A stretch of 41,400 bases of DNA, taken from positions 1 to 41,400 of IMG/VR virus record IMGVR_UViG_3300025033_000033. One strand, written 5' to 3'. Origin of the DNA: a virus. Its lineage: Duplodnaviria > Caudoviricetes. Made by a program: the position numbers and the translations under genes. Below the pieces are notes generated by a model, which saw only the letters and a list, made by a program, of their open reading frames with translations, ran no database searches and was not told the origin of the DNA. Shown here piece after piece: positions 8,166 through 16,813 of this stretch (position 1 is the first letter of the stretch; every line of letters begins with the position of its first letter).

Positions 8166-8869
8166 ATCAAGTCTGTTGATTCGTAAACTAAATTAATGCG
8201 AGCAACAAAATCAGAACGCATATTGTTGTATTTGCTGAACTCAAAATACTCAATGCCTTTCTGTGGGTTTTTGTTAAAGATCTCAATGGTTTTGCTTAGA
8301 CCAGACCGCTTGCCAGTTGATGTATACTTCTGGCTTTCGTCACCTTCAACCACAACCTTTGAATTCTTGCCAGTTCGCTCAAGCAGTAGTTTGATAATTT
8401 CTGGAGACATTTGCTGGGCTTCAGAGATTATAATAAGAGAATCGTCTAGACTATCTCCGATGATGAAATTTGGTATGCGGAATTGAATTCTCTTATCAAT
8501 ATCGCATCTAACCTTTTCTTTTGACAGTAGTTGCTCAAGGATTCGTTTTGCTGACGAGAAGTGTGGGCCAAGTTTATCTTCTTCGCTTCCCGGCAATGCA
8601 CCAATCTTGTCCATACCAACTTCTACTGGAGTTCTGATTACAATGATTTTCTTCGTATTATCTTTTAGATATGTTTTTACGAAGTTGTGGAGAATTGCGG
8701 CAGTTTTACCAACGCCAGCCTTCCCAGAAACCATCACCATATCGCTTGAATCTATAATATCTGAAAGCTCTTGCTGTTCTGGCGAAAGCTTCCAATCTTT
8801 AATTCCGTAAACCTGTGGCCCTTTCTTGTCACGGTAATGATCAAGGATTGCTGGTTGACGTTTTGACAT
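8162..8869 (-). CDS. phoH: PhoH-like ATPase
   Basis: GKAGVGKT Walker A, IRTPVE, IGALPG, EAQQMS, LLERTG, VEGDESQ, RS motifs; ATG 8869 with GAGGGG. Confidence 0.85.
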   Translation of the reverse strand: MSKRQPAILDHYRDKKGPQVYGIKDWKLSPEQQELSDIIDSSDMVMVSGKAGVGKTAAILHNFVKTYLKDNTKKIIVIRTPVEVGMDKIGALPGSEEDKLGPHFSSAKRILEQLLSKEKVRCDIDKRIQFRIPNFIIGDSLDDSLIIISEAQQMSPEIIKLLLERTGKNSKVVVEGDESQKYTSTGKRSGLSKTIEIFNKNPQKGIEYFEFSKYNNMRSDFVARINLVYESTDLI

Positions 8870-8950
8870 ATAACTACCCCTCTTTGAATGGAGTTTAAAT
8901 GATAGCATTGATTGATGCGGCTAGTTTTTAACCAGTACGCATCATAATTG

Positions 8951-9799
8951 CTACACGCTAAATTTGTATGCTATAGGATCGTGGTGACTGTAATCACTTA
9001 CTTCAAACGAACTTAAATCAATCCAACTCAACACGTCATCAATACTTAGGTTTGGATGCGGCTCACTAAAGTCAAACTTTGGACTAGGATATGGATCTCG
9101 CTTAACCTGCTCAAGTACACCATCAAGCTGATCCTCGTAAATATGAGCATTCACAATTTTATGAAATGCCTTACCTGCTGGAATTTTTGTAACAGCAGAC
9201 ATGATGAAAAGAAAGAAGTAAACCTGAACCATATTGAAGTTTAACCCCAAAGGAACATCGCACGAGCGCTGAGCGCTGTTTAAGTACAGCTTTCCATCAA
9301 GGATTGAGAATTGATGCTCATACATACATGGGCGCAAACAGCCTTTGTCAAAATCCGCCGGATTCCACATCTGAAGAATTTCTCCACGATCATCAACTCC
9401 ATTAGACAAATTACTGACGACTTTCATTAGCTGATCATACCCAGATCCAGCAAAGTTTCGCATCTGGTATCCGTACACTTTCCCCATGTCGCCATCGGCA
9501 TTTCGATGCTTGTTGTCAAGCCAGCTCTTATTCTCATTTGCATTTGCAATCCAAGTATTCGTCCCAAGCTCAGAAAAATCGTATGCGTTTGTGTAGCCTC
9601 GCAAATAGCCAATCATCTCGCTTATTGCAGCCTTCCAGTAGCTCTTTCGAGTCGTCACAAGCGGAAAGTCTCCTGCCTCAACATCGTAAGTTAGGTCGGC
9701 ATTAATAACCGTAAGGCAGCGCTTCCCAGTGCGTTCGTTCTCAACCCAATGGCCTTCATCTAGGATTCGCTTGCATAAATCCAAATACTGCTTAGTCAT
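8951..9799 (-). CDS. thyA: Thymidylate synthase
   Basis: [40 protein letters not shown]. Confidence 0.97.
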   Translation of the reverse strand: MTKQYLDLCKRILDEGHWVENERTGKRCLTVINADLTYDVEAGDFPLVTTRKSYWKAAISEMIGYLRGYTNAYDFSELGTNTWIANANENKSWLDNKHRNADGDMGKVYGYQMRNFAGSGYDQLMKVVSNLSNGVDDRGEILQMWNPADFDKGCLRPCMYEHQFSILDGKLYLNSAQRSCDVPLGLNFNMVQVYFFLFIMSAVTKIPAGKAFHKIVNAHIYEDQLDGVLEQVKRDPYPSPKFDFSEPHPNLSIDDVLSWIDLSSFEVSDYSHHDPIAYKFSV

Positions 9800-9802
9800 A
9801 AA

Positions 9803-10108
9803 TCACTCGCCATCCATCACATAAAAATCAGCCATCAATCCACGCAAGCTGTCGTTTCCTCGATCAAGTGAGGTAAACCGAATGCTGCCTCCGCTTGGGA
9901 ACTTCATAAGCATATCGCTAAGCACAACGCTGTCAAATAGATCCTGAAACATTCCCATGTAGGAGAACATTGCATTGCGAGCATCTTTCGCAAGATCCGT
10001 AACGTAAATAACGCTCTCTCCTGTGTACGCTGCGAAAATCAAACCACCTACTGGCATTTTCCTTGCCTTCGTAAAAGCACCGTACTTACCAGTTACCAAC
10101 TTTGTCAT
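9803..10108 (-). CDS. Hypothetical protein resembling part of a terminase/SF2 ATPase domain
   Basis: AAGGAG RBS and 4-nt overlap with the upstream gene; FPSGGSIRF.S.D...LRG...D..VMD pattern. Confidence 0.6.
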   Translation of the reverse strand: MTKLVTGKYGAFTKARKMPVGGLIFAAYTGESVIYVTDLAKDARNAMFSYMGMFQDLFDSVVLSDMLMKFPSGGSIRFTSLDRGNDSLRGLMADFYVMDGE

Positions 10109-10620
10109 AACTTCTCCTTCTTGAATTTCTTGTAACCCATTAACCCGATTAGCGCAGAATCACCGCGACCATCGAAATACTTAAACCCATCTTTGCACCT
10201 GCTGTTTGCTTGAACAAACGAATCAGCTAAGTCAGGATACAGCTTTGCGCATTTCTTTGCGCTCATGTTCTTATCTTGACCAATCAAGCCAGCGGATGCT
10301 TTCCAAGATTGCGGTGTTAAGAATACTACGTTTTTCGTCAATGTCAAACCAAGACATTTGACTTCAGCGAAACGCTCACCAAACGAGAACATTGACTTGA
10401 CGCCTTGCGCTGATCTCGCCCCAACCTTCTCAATAAACACCATGTCAATTTGGCCACCAGCAATCTCAATAATCTCATCTCGCACAGAGATCAAGTCAAA
10501 CATCTTCTCGCCAGAAACAACCTCATGAGAGAGATCCATTACGCCAAGGAACGAGAGATCATCGAAAACTGAGACTGCACCACTAGCGCCTGGGTCAACC
10601 CCTAAAAACTTCATATCCAC
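10105..10620 (-). CDS. RuvC-like Holliday junction resolvase
   Basis: LGVDPGASGA, FIEKV, SMFSFG, TPQSWK, DGRGDSALIG. Confidence 0.85.
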   Translation of the reverse strand: MDMKFLGVDPGASGAVSVFDDLSFLGVMDLSHEVVSGEKMFDLISVRDEIIEIAGGQIDMVFIEKVGARSAQGVKSMFSFGERFAEVKCLGLTLTKNVVFLTPQSWKASAGLIGQDKNMSAKKCAKLYPDLADSFVQANSRCKDGFKYFDGRGDSALIGLMGYKKFKKEKL

Positions 10621-10642
10621 ACCTCGAAAACTATTTCGACGA

Positions 10643-10670
10643 ATCCTACACCAACCGTTTCAGTTGTCAA
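10643..10670 (-). promoter_or_regulatory. Leftward sigma70-type promoter
   Basis: TTGACA (10670-10665), 16-nt spacer, TAGGAT (10648-10643). Confidence 0.6.
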
Positions 10671-10675
10671 ATCCA

Positions 10676-10877
10676 GAATAAAAGGATCGATTTTTAAAAA
10701 AGGAGAAAAAAAGGAGAGTAAATCCTCCTTAAATAAAACACCGTTCGAGACGGCATAGTAGAAGGGTATATAGTAATATATATATAATTAATTAATTAAA
10801 ATAATATATATAATAGTTACTACTAACTATCCAACCACCCCCAGTAGTATTACTCCCTATTTTTAATCCTTTTATTC
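10676..10877. other. Candidate replication origin / divergent control region
   Basis: Non-coding; 12-bp inverted repeat GAATAAAAGGAT (10676-10687) / ATCCTTTTATTC (10866-10877) around an almost pure A/T core (about 10767-10815). Confidence 0.5.
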
Positions 10878-10892
10878 CTCAGAATACAAAAC

Positions 10893-10921
10893 TTGACATC
10901 AGCAATCCATTCAGGTACTCT
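10893..10921 (+). promoter_or_regulatory. Rightward sigma70-type promoter
   Basis: TTGACA (10893-10898), 17-nt spacer, TACTCT (10916-10921). Confidence 0.7.
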
Positions 10922-10948
10922 CCTGAAAAACGAATCACAGGAGCAACC

Positions 10949-11149
10949 ATGAAAAACAACTTCGTCGCCAAACACGCACAAACATCCGGTGCTGGATTTC
11001 ATACCGAGAAGTCCAAGCCCGATCTGATTGACGACACGATAACCGTAAAGTGCTTGACATGCTGCAAGTACGTTGATATAAATCACAACGAAATGAGATG
11101 CCCGCTTTGCGGATCAAGCAATATAATCGAGATAGGAGGTTTGCAATGA
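10949..11149 (+). CDS. Small Zn-ribbon protein
   Basis: AGGAG RBS; CLTC...CPLCGS. Confidence 0.7.
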   Translation: MKNNFVAKHAQTSGAGFHTEKSKPDLIDDTITVKCLTCCKYVDINHNEMRCPLCGSSNIIEIGGLQ

Positions 11150-11367
11150 AAATATCAGAGATAATTCATACACTGGTCGCAATACTTGAGACTCAAGGCG
11201 ATCTGGATGCTGTATCGACAACACAAAATACTTGCGGAGATGATCAGATGCTTGCGCCAGTGGAGATTAATATCATCGAGCTGAAAGACAATTGGTTTGC
11301 GGTTGATTTTACGGCGTGCGAGTCAGCTAGCATCAAGCCAAACCCATTCATCGGACTTCCACTATGA
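11146..11367 (+). CDS. Hypothetical protein
   Basis: ATG 11146 with AGGAGG; ATGA overlaps at both ends. Confidence 0.7.
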   Translation: MKISEIIHTLVAILETQGDLDAVSTTQNTCGDDQMLAPVEINIIELKDNWFAVDFTACESASIKPNPFIGLPL

Positions 11368-11900
11368 CCGAGTTTTATACCGGTGTCGGCAGTAGAAACG
11401 TAACTGACAAAGGTTTTCAGGACTGCAAGCAGATTGCAGAGGCTATGAGCAAAAAGCTAATCGTTCTTCGCTCAGGTGGAGCTACCGGATGCGATACAGC
11501 ATTTGAGCTTGGAGCTGGATCAAACCATAACGTGTACTTGCCTTGGAATAACTTCAACGGAAGGTCTGACGAGAATGGCGTATACGTAAACTCGAAAACA
11601 CTTTACACGCACAAGGAAGCAGAGTATATTGCGTCGATACATCATCCAGCTTGGGACAAGTGTAGTCCAGCAGCCAAACTTTTGCATACAAGAAACGTGT
11701 TTCAGGTTCTTGGTTTTGAGCTTAACAACCCAAGCCAAGTGCTAGTTTGTTGGGCTGAGCCAGATAAACGTACTCGTGTGAAAGGTGGTACAGCAACTGC
11801 GGTTGCTATAGCTTATGCACATGGCGTTCCGGTATATAATATCTGGCTCGAAAAAGATCACAACGAGATAAAAGAGATTCTCGGACTTACGCGACAATGA
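11364..11900 (+). CDS. SLOG-superfamily (DprA/Smf-like) nucleotide-binding protein
   Basis: YTGVGSR, LRSGGATGCDTAFE, HHPAW, LHTRNVFQVLG, GGTATAV. Confidence 0.75.
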   Translation: MTEFYTGVGSRNVTDKGFQDCKQIAEAMSKKLIVLRSGGATGCDTAFELGAGSNHNVYLPWNNFNGRSDENGVYVNSKTLYTHKEAEYIASIHHPAWDKCSPAAKLLHTRNVFQVLGFELNNPSQVLVCWAEPDKRTRVKGGTATAVAIAYAHGVPVYNIWLEKDHNEIKEILGLTRQ

Positions 11901-14245
11901 GAGAGGTAAACTTGAGAGATAATTTTAACGAAGACACCATGCACGAAAACATAATGGATTTTGCTGAGGCAGGATACCATATCCTATTGATCCGTGGAGT
12001 CGATGACAAAGGCAAGTGTAAATGCGGAAACCCAGACTGCGAGAATCAATACAAGCACCCACGCATTGGTAATTGGTCATCTGCAAAAATGCCAGCGCCA
12101 AGCGAGGTTGAATCGCTTATTGAGAACAGAGTGTTTGAGCAGTCATACGGACTCATACTAAAAGAGGATGATCTTGTCGTTGACTTTGATCCTAGAAACA
12201 ATCTCAACGCAATAAAGGAGCTCAATGAAGTTCTTGGTATCGATGTTGAGAAGGAATCGACACTCACAGTAAAAACAGGTAGTGGCGGAAAGCACTTCTT
12301 CTTCAAGAAGCCAACAACCGTAAACACAGTGAAGAATTTACCAGAAATCAAAGGCATTGATTTTTTGAGCAAAGGCTCATTTGTTGTTGGTTGTGGGTCT
12401 TATCACAAGAGCGGATTCCCATACGAGTTTATAGAGCACTCTAAGTCAGATCCAAAATCTGTTGGTCAGGCTCCAGAATGTTTACTGAACTTAGTTGAGC
12501 GTCAAGACATTGTACTTGACTCTGCTTACGAGGCTGGATCATCGTCACTGGACGACCTTAAAAGCGCATTAGCAGCCATACCTAATGACGACAACACTGA
12601 CTATGATACTTGGCTAAACATCGGTATGGGACTGGCTTACGAGACATCAGGGAGCCTTCGTGGGTATGCTCTATGGGAGGACTGGAGTGAGAAGTCACAG
12701 AAGCATGATGGAACCCTAATGAGTAAGAAATGGGACTCGTTTACTCGCATTCCAAATAACTCAAACCCAAGAACAGCAGGGACTATTTTCAGACTGGCTT
12801 ATGAGAATGGATGGGAGCAATCATACGCAAATGAAATTGACCTCAGCAAGTTCGCCATAAAAAAAGAGTCGGAGAAAATTGTACTAAAAAAGTATTCGAC
12901 AGACGAAGCACTTGAGATAAAAGATGTCCCTGAGTGTTTGCGATCAATCAAGGGTGTCATGGGTGAGGTTGTCAGCTACATTGTATCGACTGCAAAGTAC
13001 CCGCTGTATATGCCGTCAATATCGGCAGCCTTGGCTTTTTGTGGGACGATAACAGGCCGAGACTTTACAACGGATTATGATAACTATACGCCATTGTATT
13101 TGATGACTGTTGCGGAGACTGGTAGTGGCAAGGAGTATCCATACACTGCAATCTCAAAGATCATGTATGCAGCAAGGCAAGAGGCGCTGATCAAAGGTGA
13201 AGTAACCGGCAAGTCTGCAATCGTCACAGAGCTGTATCGTGATCCACGATGCTTGTTTGTCAAAGATGAAATGGCTCACTGGATGCAGATCATCGGAGCC
13301 AAGAACGTGTCGGAGAATAAGATCAACGAAGTTAAATCTTGGATGGAGCTATTTAGCAAGCACGACACGACATACGCATCAGACTCGTTTACAAACTTAC
13401 GTGAGATCTTGAAGGGCGAGGAAGGCGTTGAGGACAGCAAGACAAGGATTATCATTCAGAAGCCTAGTGTTGGACTTCTTGGTATGACCACTCCAGACAA
13501 GCTTGCTGACTCGATGAATCGAATGATGATTCAGGATGGATTCTTAAATCGATTCATGGTTTTGTTTGCTCAAGAAGGCGATCAGCTCATGAACAAGAAA
13601 GCTAAGAGCACTCCAGTTCCGCAAAGCATCTTGTCTTGGATTGAAACCATTGAGCGTAGGATCATGCACGAGAATAAAGGTAAGAACGGACAAGGCAGAA
13701 ATAATTATGAGCGACCACTTGATCCGATTGTTCTTGAGTTTGCAAAGGATGCAATGAATAGACTTGATAAGTACGAGGTAAGTATTCTTAATCGCAAGAA
13801 GCAGTTGCGACAACATCGACTTGAGAATATGATTGTGCGCAACAGAGAGAAGGCAATGCGAATTGCGCTTTCATACGAGTTATCAATGAATCCTTATAGC
13901 GATAAGGTAACTCTTGAAAGTGTTGAGTTTGCAATTGCGCTTGTTGATTATACGTTCGAGCAGATAATTGATTACATTGGCATGGAGATGATCGAATCTC
14001 AATTTGACAAGCGATACAAAGAGGCTTACGATACGATTGAAAGATTTGGGAGTGAAGGCGTACTAAAGCGAGATCTTAACAAGCTACATCCTTTCAAATC
14101 CTGTGATGGCAAGACTCGAAACGAAATCTACCAATATCTGTTGATTGACGCACAGAAGATTATTCAGGTTGAGGATGATAATGGTGGAAGGGGAAGAAAG
14201 CCGCATAGAATATATGCGAGTAAATTTATAGCGGAGGAGGAATGA
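11897..14245 (+). CDS. Primase-polymerase with PriCT-2 and C-terminal P-loop (DUF3987-like) helicase domain
   Basis: CKC...KHP, VVDFDPRN, TGSGGKHFFF, YDTWLNIGMGL, W.DWS.KS.K, AETGSGKE, KDE, DGFLNRF. Confidence 0.85.
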   Translation: MREVNLRDNFNEDTMHENIMDFAEAGYHILLIRGVDDKGKCKCGNPDCENQYKHPRIGNWSSAKMPAPSEVESLIENRVFEQSYGLILKEDDLVVDFDPRNNLNAIKELNEVLGIDVEKESTLTVKTGSGGKHFFFKKPTTVNTVKNLPEIKGIDFLSKGSFVVGCGSYHKSGFPYEFIEHSKSDPKSVGQAPECLLNLVERQDIVLDSAYEAGSSSLDDLKSALAAIPNDDNTDYDTWLNIGMGLAYETSGSLRGYALWEDWSEKSQKHDGTLMSKKWDSFTRIPNNSNPRTAGTIFRLAYENGWEQSYANEIDLSKFAIKKESEKIVLKKYSTDEALEIKDVPECLRSIKGVMGEVVSYIVSTAKYPLYMPSISAALAFCGTITGRDFTTDYDNYTPLYLMTVAETGSGKEYPYTAISKIMYAARQEALIKGEVTGKSAIVTELYRDPRCLFVKDEMAHWMQIIGAKNVSENKINEVKSWMELFSKHDTTYASDSFTNLREILKGEEGVEDSKTRIIIQKPSVGLLGMTTPDKLADSMNRMMIQDGFLNRFMVLFAQEGDQLMNKKAKSTPVPQSILSWIETIERRIMHENKGKNGQGRNNYERPLDPIVLEFAKDAMNRLDKYEVSILNRKKQLRQHRLENMIVRNREKAMRIALSYELSMNPYSDKVTLESVEFAIALVDYTFEQIIDYIGMEMIESQFDKRYKEAYDTIERFGSEGVLKRDLNKLHPFKSCDGKTRNEIYQYLLIDAQKIIQVEDDNGGRGRKPHRIYASKFIAEEE

Positions 14246-14305
14246 CATGGCAATTGGAAAATATGATAATATTCGCGGTTCAATTAAAATAGGAGATAAA
14301 CAAAT

Positions 14306-15121
14306 ATGAGTTTTAATTTTGACAATGTAAAAAAAGGCAAGCGAGATCACGCAAAGATTTTCTTGTTTTATGGAGTCCCAGGTATTGGTAAGTCAACTCA
14401 GTGCAGTTTACTGCCAGACGCTTACTTCGTACCAATCGAAGATGGTACCGGTGAACTTGATGTTGCTCAGTATCAGTTTGATGATGGTCGAGTAAAACTC
14501 CAAGATTACGGTGAAGTTGTTGGTGTGCTTGAGATGGTTTACATGGCTGGCATCGAAGCTAAAACCAACGGTGAGAAATTCCCAATCAGCAACTTAGTTG
14601 TCGACTCTGTTTCTGCACTTGAGCCTTTGATTTGGGATGTGGTGTGTGCAGAAGGTGATGACAAGGGTAACGTCAAAAAGAACATCGAAGATTTTGGTTT
14701 TGGTGGTGGATACAAGCGAGCACTAAAGAAATGGCAGCACTTTTTCTCTATGCTTGAGACGATTCGCAATGATCTTAATATCAACGTCTGGATGATTGGT
14801 CACTCACAAGTTAAGAACGTTAATGTGCCAGACAATGAACCTTATGATCGATGGATTCCAGAGCTTCATAGGGATGCTGTTGGTTACCTGCAAAAGAATT
14901 GCGATGGTGTTTTGTTTGCAAACTACAAAACAATCGTTCGTAAAATTGACGGCAAAATGGGTCAGAAGGAAAACAAGGTTATTAACAATGAGAGTCCTCG
15001 TATTTTGTACACAAACGAAATGCCTGCTTTCATGGCTAAAACGCGATCTAATCCGCCATTGCCGCTTGAGATGCCTATGGACTTAAACTTATTAATGAGC
15101 TCTTGGAGCAAACAAGACTAA
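14306..15121 (+). CDS. Sak4-like (AAA_24) ATPase / single-strand annealing protein
   Basis: YGVPGIGKST, IEDGT, VVDSV, IGHSQ, AFMAKTR. Confidence 0.8.
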   Translation: MSFNFDNVKKGKRDHAKIFLFYGVPGIGKSTQCSLLPDAYFVPIEDGTGELDVAQYQFDDGRVKLQDYGEVVGVLEMVYMAGIEAKTNGEKFPISNLVVDSVSALEPLIWDVVCAEGDDKGNVKKNIEDFGFGGGYKRALKKWQHFFSMLETIRNDLNINVWMIGHSQVKNVNVPDNEPYDRWIPELHRDAVGYLQKNCDGVLFANYKTIVRKIDGKMGQKENKVINNESPRILYTNEMPAFMAKTRSNPPLPLEMPMDLNLLMSSWSKQD

Positions 15122-15128
15122 TTAGTAT

Positions 15129-15156
15129 TTGACAAATGAAATGAGGCTGGTATTAT
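15129..15156 (+). promoter_or_regulatory. Sigma70-type promoter for the SSB gene
   Basis: TTGACA (15129-15134), 16-nt spacer ending TGG, TATTAT (15151-15156). Confidence 0.7.
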
Positions 15157-15193
15157 CAGTCTCAACAATCAACAAACAAGAGGAATATACTTT

Positions 15194-15769
15194 ATGATAA
15201 ATATGACAGACGCTTACCAACAAGCACAGGAAGAAAACAACTCATACGCACCAATTCCAAATGGTGACTATCCTATCATTGTAGAGAATGCTGAGTACAA
15301 GCAATACAAGTCAGGTAAATGGGGTGTTTCAGTTCAACTATCAATTGTAAATCACCAACAGTTTGATAATCGCAAGTTGTTTGATAACTTTGTTATTTTT
15401 GAGTCAGATGGTCAGACTGAGGTTATTCGCCAAGACAATAACGGCAATAACCGAAACTTCGGAAAGATCAACTACGCTAAGTTGTGTGAAGCTGCTGGTT
15501 TAACGCCAGAGCAGGCATCTGATCCAACAAACCTGATTCAGAAGATGTTAGTTGTTAAAACCAAACTGGCTGACAAGAATGACGGATCTGGAGAGAAAGA
15601 TGCTAAGCCTTCATACTACAAGCCGATGGCCGGTGTTGGTGGTTCAAGCCAACCATTGCAGCAAGCAGCTCAACAACCTGCACAACAAGCTCAGCCAGTA
15701 CAAGGCGGATTTGGCGGTCAGGCTAGTGGATTTACACAACAGAATACAAACGCATTTGCACGTAAGTAG
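15194..15769 (+). CDS. Single-stranded DNA-binding protein (DUF669-like)
   Basis: PIPNGDY, RKLFDN, Gln/Gly-rich disordered tail; follows the Sak4-like gene. Confidence 0.75.
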   Translation: MINMTDAYQQAQEENNSYAPIPNGDYPIIVENAEYKQYKSGKWGVSVQLSIVNHQQFDNRKLFDNFVIFESDGQTEVIRQDNNGNNRNFGKINYAKLCEAAGLTPEQASDPTNLIQKMLVVKTKLADKNDGSGEKDAKPSYYKPMAGVGGSSQPLQQAAQQPAQQAQPVQGGFGGQASGFTQQNTNAFARK

Positions 15770-15789
15770 TCTGATTTAATTTAAATATC

Positions 15790-15814
15790 AAGGAGGCTTA
15801 TTGCCTCCTTTTTT
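15790..15814 (+). terminator. Intrinsic terminator
   Basis: AAGGAGGC-ttatt-GCCTCCTT followed by a T run. Confidence 0.8.
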
Positions 15815-15825
15815 ATGGAGGTTTT

Positions 15826-16812
15826 ATGAAGCATAAAAACGTACTAGAAAAGATGTGGAAGGCAATGGAAGATAAGCCTGAACAGCGTAGAACGTACCTT
15901 GGCATGTCTACATTCGGCACTCACTGCAACAGAAAACAGTGGCTTGAGTTTAGACACGCATTCGACCCAAAAACAAACTACCAATCGGAATCGCACTTTG
16001 CAGATGGTCATCACTCTGAAGATGTACTTATCTCAAGACTAAAAGCAGCAGGCGTTGAATTATTTGACAAGGCAGAGAATGGAGAACAGTTCGCACTTCA
16101 GGATATGTACTGGCTACGTGGTCATCAGGATGGGATTATTGTCATAGATAAAACTCCTCATGTTTGGGAAGCGAAGTCTACCGATGACAAAAAGAAGGCG
16201 AAGCTCGCAAAGCTAATACAAGAAGACGAAGGAACGGCATTAAAGAAATGGGATGAGAACTATTACGCTCAGGCAATTTTGTACTGCGGCTATTCTGGAA
16301 TCCATAAACACATACTTATGGCTTGCAGCCACGGAGCAAGAGAGAAGTTAAATTCAACAGGAGATCATCGAACGGTTGTTGTAGAGACTGATTTTGATGA
16401 AAATTACTTTAATGAGTTGAAAGCAAAAGCAAAAGACGTTATAGTTAGTGACGCATTACCAGAACCAGCTTGGAGCCTTCAATATGATAAGCCGCTGTGT
16501 GTTTGGAAAACAGGTCAGTGCGAAGCTTATGAGTACTGCAAAGGTCGTCACATTGGAAAACCTAATTGCAGAAATTGCGGTTATTGTGAATTTACATTAT
16601 CAGGTGCGAACTGCACAAAGACAGGAGATGCTTTAAATGAAAAAGAAATGGTTGACTTCAAGGAATGCCACAAGTATCATCCTAACATCATACATTGGCT
16701 TGACCTCATCGAAATGGATGAATCTGGAAACGTTGTTTATCGCGATGACTCAGGTAACGAGTTTATTAATAAAAACTCTTTAGATTTTTATGAATTAATT
16801 AATGGAGTGTGA
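15826..16812 (+). CDS. Cas4-like PD-(D/E)XK exonuclease
   Basis: YLGMS..G.HCNRK, GH.DG, WEAKS, YYAQ; C-terminal Cys cluster. Confidence 0.8.
   Translation: MKHKNVLEKMWKAMEDKPEQRRTYLGMSTFGTHCNRKQWLEFRHAFDPKTNYQSESHFADGHHSEDVLISRLKAAGVELFDKAENGEQFALQDMYWLRGHQDGIIVIDKTPHVWEAKSTDDKKKAKLAKLIQEDEGTALKKWDENYYAQAILYCGYSGIHKHILMACSHGAREKLNSTGDHRTVVVETDFDENYFNELKAKAKDVIVSDALPEPAWSLQYDKPLCVWKTGQCEAYEYCKGRHIGKPNCRNCGYCEFTLSGANCTKTGDALNEKEMVDFKECHKYHPNIIHWLDLIEMDESGNVVYRDDSGNEFINKNSLDFYELINGV
16768..16807 (+). repeat. 40-bp direct repeat, copy 1
   Basis: AATAAAAACTCTTTAGATTTTTATGAATTAATTAATGGAG; 39/40 identical to 17997-18036. Confidence 0.95.
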
Positions 16813-16813
16813 T

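Noticed and set aside
8913-8944. Hairpin between thyA and phoH as a terminator or ncRNA
   Set aside because: The stem is real (UGAUGCG/CGCAUCA) but has no U tract and is too short to assign; it may be a processing or stability element
10850-11117. Two minus-strand ORFs across the rightward promoter
   Set aside because: They overlap a promoter and a better-supported plus-strand gene, and lack an RBS
15826-16812. Cas4-like gene as evidence of a CRISPR-Cas system
   Set aside because: No repeat-spacer array or other cas genes seen; solo Cas4-like nucleases are common in phage recombination modules
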